Assembly (NCBI GenBank): GCA_042219045.1
Contig: JBDGQO010000032.1
Location: 4,127-22,858, forward strand
From: Candidatus Bipolaricaulia bacterium
GTDB lineage: Bacteria > Bipolaricaulota > Bipolaricaulia > RBG-16-55-9
Direction: 5' to 3'
Length of the DNA stretch: 18,732 nt
Part shown: in pieces, positions 1 through 7,147 of the stretch
How positions within the stretch are numbered: position 1 is the first letter of the stretch
How the letters are laid out: every line of letters starts with the position of its first letter
The notes under the pieces: generated by a model
The model's database searches: none
The model's input: the letters and a program-made list of their open reading frames with translations, nothing else
Told to the model about the DNA's origin: nothing
Made by a program: the position numbers and the translations under genes

Positions 1-137
1 GATGCGTCGATTCCAGGGCCAAAAGACCCGCCGTGCCCGCTTGGCTCCTACCTTGTCGCTGCCCCCTCTGGGAAAATGGCTATGAACCGATGGTAACTCT
101 GCTAAATCCGCAGCAGACCTCGTTTTTCAGGCAAACA

Positions 138-884
138 ATGACTCTGATGGAGATATTGGCCCGCTGGGGAGAAGGCACCGTACTACGCCAGCTTGAAGGC
201 AGCCACGTTAACTCGGTTTTTCTCGTTGGGATGGAGAACGAGTACCGAGTGCTCAAGTCGACGATCCGGTCAGAGGCAGCCATCCGCTGGGTCGCGGACG
301 CTCAAGCGGTCGCTCAAGAGGTCGGATTCCTCGTTCCACGGTTCATCCCGACCAACGATGGACAACGGGTCGTCGACAGGATGACCCTGGAGCCATGGGT
401 GGAAGGCAAGCCCGCCGACGACAGAGACCGACAAACACTGGCCGGGATGCTCGCTGAATTCCACGAGCGGACGCGCAACTGGCCCCAACGGCCAGGGTTC
501 GCTTCTAGCCTTGACTTGTTGGAGACGGACCGCGGCGGCGACGTCGACTTGGCGCATATGCCGGATCGCGTGGTTGAACGGTGTCGCCAATGTTGGCACG
601 GCATGGCCGGCGAGCCCTTGTCCGTCATTCATGGCGACCTCGCTTTGGAGAACGTGCTCAAGATGGCTGACGGGCGCTACGCCCTTATCGACTGGGACGA
701 GGCACGGGTCGACGTCTCGCTGCTCGATATGGTCGGGCTTCTCGAGAGGAACCCTGGTTACCCGCCGAACGCATGGACCCGCGCGGAGCACGCCCTCAAC
801 GCTTGGGAGGTCGCCGTGTCGTGGCGGCGCGAGCCGGAATACGCTCGCCACTTGGCAAGGTCCGCCCTTCGGTTGGCAATTTAG
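138..884 (+). CDS. Phosphotransferase, APH/choline kinase/type II homoserine kinase-like family
   Basis: Brenner motif HGDLALENVL and metal-binding LIDWDE; N-terminal GSHVNSVF loop and VLK lysine. Start uncertain (GTG 33, ATG 90, 138 or 147). Confidence 0.8.
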   Translation: MTLMEILARWGEGTVLRQLEGSHVNSVFLVGMENEYRVLKSTIRSEAAIRWVADAQAVAQEVGFLVPRFIPTNDGQRVVDRMTLEPWVEGKPADDRDRQTLAGMLAEFHERTRNWPQRPGFASSLDLLETDRGGDVDLAHMPDRVVERCRQCWHGMAGEPLSVIHGDLALENVLKMADGRYALIDWDEARVDVSLLDMVGLLERNPGYPPNAWTRAEHALNAWEVAVSWRREPEYARHLARSALRLAI

Positions 885-960
885 ACGGAAGCATCATTCA
901 CAGTGGCGTAGCGTATGTTGTGAACACTCAGCCTCTGCCCCGGGGAACGAATGGAGGACG

Positions 961-1491
961 ATGATGCGGATTCGCCAAGCTCAACCCGGCGACGAGGCCG
1001 CGATGGCAAGGGTCCACGTCGAGAGTTGGCGGACGACGTATCCCGGCATCATGCCGGATAATGTGCTCGAGAACCTCGATTCCACCGATCGGGAGCCGAT
1101 CTGGCGGGGTTGGATTGCCGATCAGGACGCCGCCGTCTTTGTCGCGGAGGACGCTGACGATGGCATCGTGGGCGTGGCCGCCGGTGGCCCCGAGCGTTCG
1201 GGGGAATGGCCTTACGATGGCGAGCTCTACGCCATCTACCTTCTCGAGATGTACCAAGGCCAAGGCATCGGACGAGAGCTCGCTCAGGCTATGGGAAAAC
1301 ACCTCATCGATCAAGGCATCCAGTCCATGCTCGTCTGGGTGGCGGCAGGCGTCCCGGCCTGCGGCTTCTACGAGGCGATAGGCGGTCGGCAGGTCGATCG
1401 CAGGCCGGAACCGATCGCCGGCGTCGAGATCGATGTGATCGGTTACGGGTGGGACGACGTTCGGTCGTTGACAAGCGAGGGCACTGGATGA
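961..1491 (+). CDS. GNAT family N-acetyltransferase
   Basis: GGAGG at 953-957 precedes ATG 961; MRIRQA start, VHVESWRTTYPGI, acetyl-CoA motif ELYAIYLLEMYQGQGIG, and ACGFYEAIGG. Confidence 0.9.
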   Translation: MMRIRQAQPGDEAAMARVHVESWRTTYPGIMPDNVLENLDSTDREPIWRGWIADQDAAVFVAEDADDGIVGVAAGGPERSGEWPYDGELYAIYLLEMYQGQGIGRELAQAMGKHLIDQGIQSMLVWVAAGVPACGFYEAIGGRQVDRRPEPIAGVEIDVIGYGWDDVRSLTSEGTG

Positions 1492-1591
1492 TCACTTCCG
1501 GCAACATCGCAACTTCGAGGTTCGCAGAGCGGGATGAGTGGCTACCGATGCGCCAGGAAAGACGTCATACTCTCGTCACGTGGAAGGGATA

Positions 1592-2476
1592 ATGACTCAG
1601 GATATTCACGATCAGTGGGCCAACTGGATCCTTGAACGCCGACACGGCGGCGACACGGAGCTACAGCGCCGCACGCTTGAATTCCTCCATCCGATTCGAG
1701 ATCGAGTGCTTGAGTACGCCCAGATTAACTCGGACGATGTCGTCCTGGACGTCGGCGCCGGCGACGGCCTCGTCGGGTTTGGCGCGCTCGAGCAACTCGA
1801 AGATCGCGGCCGAGTGATTTTCAGCGACATCTCGACCGATCTCCTGGATCAATGCCGCGAGGTCGCTGTCCAACTGGACGTGGCCGAGCAGTGTCGGTTC
1901 GTGGAGGCGTCCGCCGAGAACCTTTCCGCCCTCGATGCCGACTCCGTCGACGTCGTCACGCTCCGATCGGTCCTCATCTACGTGGCGGACAAGCCAGGAG
2001 CGTTTCGTGAGTTTCATCGCGTCCTGCGGCCCAGCGACCGCCTGTCCATCTTCGAGCCGATCAACTCGTTCACGTATCCCGTGCCCACCGGCACGTTTGC
2101 CGGCTATGACCTCACGGCGGTCGAGAGCTTAATTGAGCGAGTCAAGGCAGTCTTCACCCACTATCAGCCGCCTGATGTCGACCCCATGCTCGACTTTGAC
2201 GAGCGCGACCTGCTGGAACTGGCCGAAGACGCAGGATTTGCCGACGTGCACATGCGGTACGAGGTTGACATTGAAGCCGACAAAGAGCCCGTACATTGGG
2301 AGACGTTTCGTCACACCTCGGCCAACCCGACGATCCCGACGTTTGACGAGGCCATGCGCGAGGCGCTGACCGAGAGCGAGATCGACCAACTGACCCGTCA
2401 TTTGAAGCCGCTCGTTGAATCTGGCCGAGGAGAGTTCCGCGGCGCCCATGTCTATCTTTGGGCCCGTAGGGCGTGA
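1592..2476 (+). CDS. Class I SAM-dependent methyltransferase (Methyltransf_11/UbiE-like)
   Basis: Motif I VLDVGAGDG, post-I VIFSD, DSVDVVT..SVL.Y and EFHRVLRP; GGAAGGG before ATG 1592. Confidence 0.88.
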   Translation: MTQDIHDQWANWILERRHGGDTELQRRTLEFLHPIRDRVLEYAQINSDDVVLDVGAGDGLVGFGALEQLEDRGRVIFSDISTDLLDQCREVAVQLDVAEQCRFVEASAENLSALDADSVDVVTLRSVLIYVADKPGAFREFHRVLRPSDRLSIFEPINSFTYPVPTGTFAGYDLTAVESLIERVKAVFTHYQPPDVDPMLDFDERDLLELAEDAGFADVHMRYEVDIEADKEPVHWETFRHTSANPTIPTFDEAMREALTESEIDQLTRHLKPLVESGRGEFRGAHVYLWARRA

Positions 2477-2516
2477 GCACCCGGTGATCGGGGAACACGG
2501 CCGGCGTGGACATCGT

Positions 2517-2558
2517 TACGATCCTGGCTTGACAGAACTTGCCGTTTGGAGCTATCCG
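2517..2558 (+). promoter_or_regulatory. Candidate sigma70-type promoter elements for the downstream non-coding region
   Basis: Perfect -35 TTGACA at 2529-2534 with a weak -10 TATCCG at 2553-2558 (18-nt spacer); alternatively a -10-like TACGAT at 2517-2522 without a clear -35. Confidence 0.35.
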
Positions 2559-3458
2559 AAGGCAATTCGCCTCCTTTAACATGCCAATGTGCCGTGATGC
2601 CCTGACCCGAGCTCAAGCAGGGGGTTAGACGAGAACCATTGTGATCTCCTTCTGCTCAGGCGCTCCGTTCGCCGAGGAGGACAGGTGAGGGGATGAGGCG
2701 ACCCGGACCTCTGACATCTCTCCCACGCCGAGCTTCATGGGGAGCGATGGCGTCGGAACGGGAGAAGCTCCTTCTGAGCGACCTGGTGCACCTCGCTCGC
2801 CGTCATCCCCTCGCTGCCTCCTTCACTGGACGTATTCGCCCCGAGGTCCGCTCAGGGAGGTTACTCCCCCTCCCGTGCTCGCGCTGGCTGCCCGGTCGGC
2901 TGGGCAGGCTTCGCCGACTGGACGAGACCGCAGGGTTTTTGCGCCTCCTTACCTGCGGACGATCTTCGTCCCAGTCCATCCCGGCCCAAGGGGCGACGGC
3001 CACCGGGCGGCCAGCCTCCTCTCGCCATTGGAGAGGCCGTGAATGGGCCAGGTCTCCGGGTGACGGATCCCTTTTGGGGGATGTGCCGCCCATGTGAGGG
3101 GATGGTCGATGCCCGACGATCCGCGACGCTGCAAGAGCTGAGCACACGTCGGCGGGCGCGTTGGCGTCCTGCTCCACCCCCACCCCCCAGCCATCCCCTC
3201 ACGGCCTCTCCGCACGCACGTTCCCTGCGGGTCAAATGCGCAATGGTGATGACGTGGCGGACGGTGGCTTCCTAAGCATCGTCTCAGGCGTCGTCTATCC
3301 CAAGGATCGAGGGCGGTGTAACAATCGTCAGCAGGAGCGAACTGCGAATGGCTTTCGCACTGGCGGATGCCAGGTCGAGATGTGTGGCCTCCGACACGTC
3401 GACCCAGGCAACACGCCAGCAGAACACGAGGGCCTGGTCGCGCAACCAGGCCCTCGTG
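2539..3458 (+). ncRNA. Putative large structured non-coding RNA (~900 nt), family not recognised
   Basis: No credible ORF. Consecutive helices: 2539-2565, 2674-2701/2797-2823, 2719-2765, 2855-2874, 2888-2907, 2916-2976, 3030-3042/3199-3211, 3094-3105/3191-3202, 3248-3295, 3360-3419, 3425-3458. Many G-U pairs on the + strand. Confidence 0.6.
3425..3458. terminator. Perfect 14-bp hairpin, probable (possibly bidirectional) terminator
   Basis: CACGAGGGCCTGGT-cgcgca-ACCAGGCCCTCGTG between the non-coding region and the convergent signal peptidase gene; tails are pyrimidine-rich but not poly-U. Confidence 0.6.
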
Positions 3459-3524
3459 CCCTTCGCCATTGTCTCTCTCGGCCTTGCTGGTTGGCCGTCG
3501 GATCAAGCCCCCTACTGACGGGGA

Positions 3525-4424
3525 TCAGTAGCGCGACTGAAGCGGCCGAGCCGGTTCGGGGGCATCGGTCAGGTAGCCGTTCATGAGGCCGACGCGGCTG
3601 GGCGGCCAGACGCGCAGGAACGGTTCGCCGATAAGCGACGCCACGTCGGCGACGCCCCAGTATCGACTGTCCCGGCTGTTGGTCGTGTTGTCGCCCAGGA
3701 CGAACATCTTGCCCGACGGCACGCGCCATTGGCAACCCTCCTCGAAGCGCCCCGCATTGGCTCGCGGTCCACATGTGTAGCGCCGATCGAACCGAGGGCC
3801 CGTCAAGCGGGCCCCGTCGACGACGACATCGCCGTTGCGGATCGTCACCGTGGCGGGACCGATGGCGACGAGACGCTTGACGTAGCGCAGCTTGCAGGGC
3901 GGCGCCTCCTGCCACTGCCAGAACAGCAACTGGTGCTCACAAGGTTGAGACCGCTGCTTGTGCCAGAAGACGACGATGTCGCCGGGTTCGGGCTGATTCA
4001 GACCGCTCCAGTAGGTGAATTTGTCCACAAAGAAGCTGTCCCCGGGTTGGATCGTCGGCGCCATGGACCGGGTGGGGACCATCATGCGCGCCACGCCGAC
4101 TTGCATGACGACGAAGGACAGGACGACGGCCAGGCCGAGCACAAACACCCAATCCAGCACGCGATCCACCGCCGGGCTCGTCTCCACTCCCAGCAGCCCA
4201 AGGCCGAGGGCGAGAAGGGGTTTGCCCTCCGATGGCTGGGCAGATGCGCGCGTCGATGAACTTCGGTCCCGTTCGTCTTCGAGGGATCGGATCTCGACCT
4301 GATCCCACGGGCGGCCTTGATCGTCGAGCCCGCCGGTTTCCATGGGATGGCGGTCGTCGGCGCGGGACTCGGCCTCCGGGGTCGGCCCGGCCGTCGGGCC
4401 GGTCTCGCGATTATCGTCGGCCAT
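3525..4424 (-). CDS. lepB: Signal peptidase I (S26 family)
   Basis: TM segment followed by catalytic Ser box VPTRSMAPTI, GDIVVF, catalytic Lys YVKRLVA and box E VLGDNTTNSRDSRYWG. ATG 4424 overlaps the upstream gene end by 14 nt; alternative start 4343. Confidence 0.9.
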   Translation of the reverse strand: MADDNRETGPTAGPTPEAESRADDRHPMETGGLDDQGRPWDQVEIRSLEDERDRSSSTRASAQPSEGKPLLALGLGLLGVETSPAVDRVLDWVFVLGLAVVLSFVVMQVGVARMMVPTRSMAPTIQPGDSFFVDKFTYWSGLNQPEPGDIVVFWHKQRSQPCEHQLLFWQWQEAPPCKLRYVKRLVAIGPATVTIRNGDVVVDGARLTGPRFDRRYTCGPRANAGRFEEGCQWRVPSGKMFVLGDNTTNSRDSRYWGVADVASLIGEPFLRVWPPSRVGLMNGYLTDAPEPARPLQSRY

Positions 4425-5604
4425 AGCGGACGACGGCGATGCCGACGACACCGAGCGCCACGCCAATGAGCACGATCCCCACGGCGCCCCATATCGTGGA
4501 CATCTTGGCCGAGACACGCCACTCCTTGGAGGCGGAATCGCCGCCCGCATCCGCGGTCAGCGTGACGAAGTAGTCGCCGGCGATGGTGTTGTCCGAGGGC
4601 TTGACCTGGGCGGTGACTTCGGCCTTGCCATCTGGTGGGATCGTCCCGATCTCAGAGGGCTGAAACTCGACCGTCCATCCCGAGGGTGGGGAGGCGTTGA
4701 GCGAGACGTTCTCCGCAGGTGCGTTGCCGTTGTTGCGCACGATGAAGTCGATCGCCGTGGACTGGCCGATCGTCGCGCTCGTCGAGTACGGGCCCTTGGC
4801 GCTTGCCACCGACAAGCTCGCTTGCGGTTGGATAGCCGCGGTGAGCGAGCGACTGACTTGGGCGCCGTCCGCCTTGGCCCGGACGTCGATGGCGTACTCG
4901 CCGGCCGAGACCCCGGACGGAACCTTGACGTCAATATCCAGATCCTTGGACTCGCCCGCCGCCACGGGCAACCGGGACACTTGCTTGCCGCCGAAGCGTT
5001 CCTTGAACGTCACCTGGAACCCGTCCGGAGCGTTGGCGGAAAGGTTGATCGTCAGGTCCTGATCGCCGTCGTTGGCCAGTGTCGCCTTGTAGGTCAGCGT
5101 GTCGTCTGCGGTTCCCTGGAGCGTGGGCAACTGGACGTCGAGCGACAGCTGCGGCGGCTGCGGGGCTTGTACCTGGAGCGTCAGCGGAAGCTCGGCGCGA
5201 CGATCCGACGAGCGCGCCCGGGCCACGGCCGTGAAGCGATACGTCCCCGATTCGACGCCCTCGGGCGGATCCAGCTTCAAGCGCACAGATCCCGCCGAAT
5301 CGGGAGAGGCGAAGACGGACCCGACCGTGCGCCCGTTCCCGATGAACGAGGACGACCAGTTGGTGGGCGCTCGCTCCATTGACAAGCTCACAATTTGGGC
5401 CGGCATTCCCGTCATGCGCACCTTGAGCGGCAAGGTCACGGATTCGCCTGCCTCAACCGATTGGGCCGGATACGGCGTCGTCAGCCGGAGTTCCGGCTGG
5501 GTCGTTGACGTCTGCGCCGCGGCTTGTTGAGCAGCGACCGGCAGCACGACGGCGCCGATGATCCCGGCAATGAGGCCGAGCGTGGCCGTACGCGACAGTT
5601 GCAT
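4411..5604 (-). CDS. Secreted, C-terminally anchored Ig-like repeat protein (NEW3/COG1470-like), paralog 1, 397 aa
   Basis: AAGGAGG RBS; signal peptide; three beta-rich repeats (N.G..., P.GW/F.V.F, AG.Y); C-terminal TM helix ending RYGRR. Confidence 0.82.
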   Translation of the reverse strand: MQLSRTATLGLIAGIIGAVVLPVAAQQAAAQTSTTQPELRLTTPYPAQSVEAGESVTLPLKVRMTGMPAQIVSLSMERAPTNWSSSFIGNGRTVGSVFASPDSAGSVRLKLDPPEGVESGTYRFTAVARARSSDRRAELPLTLQVQAPQPPQLSLDVQLPTLQGTADDTLTYKATLANDGDQDLTINLSANAPDGFQVTFKERFGGKQVSRLPVAAGESKDLDIDVKVPSGVSAGEYAIDVRAKADGAQVSRSLTAAIQPQASLSVASAKGPYSTSATIGQSTAIDFIVRNNGNAPAENVSLNASPPSGWTVEFQPSEIGTIPPDGKAEVTAQVKPSDNTIAGDYFVTLTADAGGDSASKEWRVSAKMSTIWGAVGIVLIGVALGVVGIAVVRYGRR

Positions 5605-5776
5605 GGCGATTCCTCCTTCGGGCGGTTTGCGATGCGAATCAGATTGACACGGCCAATGATAAGACCGTGCGCCGAGAATGCGATAGCGCGTATCGGGTTC
5701 GCCGCTTAAGATGCTAGGGTAACCCTGTCAGCCGGGATGAAGCAACTGGACTTGTGCAAGGAGCAATGATCCAACA

Positions 5777-7015
5777 ATGCCCCGTCGGTATATCGCCCTG
5801 TCGCTGCTGATTCTCATCACGGCGGTCGGCGTGGCTTGGTGGGCCGGAACTCAGACCGCCATGGAGTCGGGCCTTCCCTCGAACGCGGCGACCGCGAATC
5901 AAGAGCCGTCGACTACCTCGACGACGCAAACGGATGATCCATCGACGACCTCCGGCCAAGATCAACTACGCCCGTCCCAGTCGGGCGGCTTGCTGCCTTG
6001 GGAGCAGCGCGCCACTCAAGTCTATCAGGATGCGCAGCCCGCCGTGGTCAACATCACCAGCACCGTTGTGACGCAATCGTTCAGGGGAGAACGGGCCCGA
6101 GAAGGAACGGGATCCGGGTTTGTCTACGACAAGCAAGGCCGGATCATCACCAACTACCACGTCGTGCAGAACGCCTCCCAGATCGAAGTGACGTTCCCGG
6201 GCGGCAACATCGCCACGGCTGAGATGATCGGGACCGACCCGATCAACGACCTGGCGGTGATCGACGTTGACGTTCCGAAGGACCAGCTCCACCCGGTCGA
6301 GATGGGCAATTCCGACCAGCTCGTGCCGGGCCAGATGGCGATTGCCATCGGCAATCCCTTCGGCCAATTCGAGCGGACGGCCACGATGGGGGTGGTGAGC
6401 GCCCTCGATCGAACGCTGCGTCGAGGCAATGGCCAACCGCCCATCTTCGGGCTCATCCAGACCGACGCCGCCATCAATCGCGGCAACTCCGGCGGGCCGT
6501 TGCTCAACTCCCAAGGCCGGGTGATTGGCGTCACGACGGCCATCTTCAGCCCGAGCGGCGGCTCGGTCGGCATCGGCTTCGCCGTTCCCTCCAACACGGT
6601 CTCCCAGGAAGTGCCCGTGTTGATCGAGAAGGGCCGCTATCCGCACCCCTGGCTCGGCATCTCGGCGCCGTCGTATCCCCTTACGCCGGAGTTGGCCCAA
6701 CGCTTGCGTGAAGCCGGGATCACCATCGGCACCGATCACGGCGTCATGGTCTATAAGGTCACGCCCGGCGGTCCGGCCGATCAAGCGGGCATTCAGGGGG
6801 CAGATCGTCTCGCCGTGGTCGGCAATCGCCAAGTCCCCCTCGGGGGCGACATCATCACCGCCATCGATGGCACGCAAGTGAGCAGTATTGCCGACCTGAT
6901 GGGCTATCTTCAGACGGAAACCGAGGTGGGCCAGACCGTCACGCTGACGATCGTCCGCGATGGGCAAGAGCAAACGGTTGAGGTGACGCTTGGCCGTCGG
7001 CCGGTCGGGCGGTGA
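5777..7015 (+). CDS. HtrA/DegP-like trypsin serine protease with one PDZ domain
   Basis: Catalytic triad motifs TNYHVV, DLAVI and DAAINRGNSGGPLL; PDZ motifs GGPADQAGI and GDIITAIDG; N-terminal TM/signal segment and S/T-rich linker. Confidence 0.95.
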   Translation: MPRRYIALSLLILITAVGVAWWAGTQTAMESGLPSNAATANQEPSTTSTTQTDDPSTTSGQDQLRPSQSGGLLPWEQRATQVYQDAQPAVVNITSTVVTQSFRGERAREGTGSGFVYDKQGRIITNYHVVQNASQIEVTFPGGNIATAEMIGTDPINDLAVIDVDVPKDQLHPVEMGNSDQLVPGQMAIAIGNPFGQFERTATMGVVSALDRTLRRGNGQPPIFGLIQTDAAINRGNSGGPLLNSQGRVIGVTTAIFSPSGGSVGIGFAVPSNTVSQEVPVLIEKGRYPHPWLGISAPSYPLTPELAQRLREAGITIGTDHGVMVYKVTPGGPADQAGIQGADRLAVVGNRQVPLGGDIITAIDGTQVSSIADLMGYLQTETEVGQTVTLTIVRDGQEQTVEVTLGRRPVGR

Positions 7016-7147
7016 TCGAGAGCTTGCGAACGCCTGACCCCGGGGGCACCATGGCATTGGTTGGGCTCCTATCCCAACCTTAACGCTGGGGTGTAGCATG
7101 CAATCATCCTGAGCACAGCATCTATGGAGAACTTCGGAGGTGTCGTC

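Noticed and set aside
511..960. N-terminal extension of the GNAT ORF (and extensions at 8268, 9136 and 4550)
   Set aside because: They overlap upstream genes; internal starts with RBS or coupling fit the families better.
2574..2630. Integron attC-like pattern (TAAC ... GCTCAAG-N6-GTTAGAC) after three cassette-like genes
   Set aside because: The left box is CTTTAAC rather than RYYYAAC, the L boxes pair poorly, no similar sites follow the other genes, and no integrase is present.
2693..3097. 134-aa ORF after GAGGAGG, and other ORFs in 2693-3586
   Set aside because: Arg/Pro/Ser-rich with no motif or hydrophobic toxin-like peptide; the SD and ATG are buried in a long stem. A small peptide cannot be fully excluded.
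3045..3230. Cobalamin riboswitch-like words on the minus strand (AGGGAA, GGAGACCTG)
   Set aside because: The core GCAACTGT/GCCACTG and B12-box elements are absent and no downstream minus-strand gene exists.
2539..3458. RNase P, tmRNA, SRP, group II intron or CRISPR interpretation
   Set aside because: No GAGGAAAGUCC, tRNA-like ends, SRP GGAA loop motif, domain V, or regularly spaced repeats were seen. A 6S-like identity for one sub-domain is not supported by eye but needs cmscan.
5644..5649. TTGACA in the divergent Ig-protein/htrA region
   Set aside because: No -10 hexamer at a 16-18 nt spacing on that strand.
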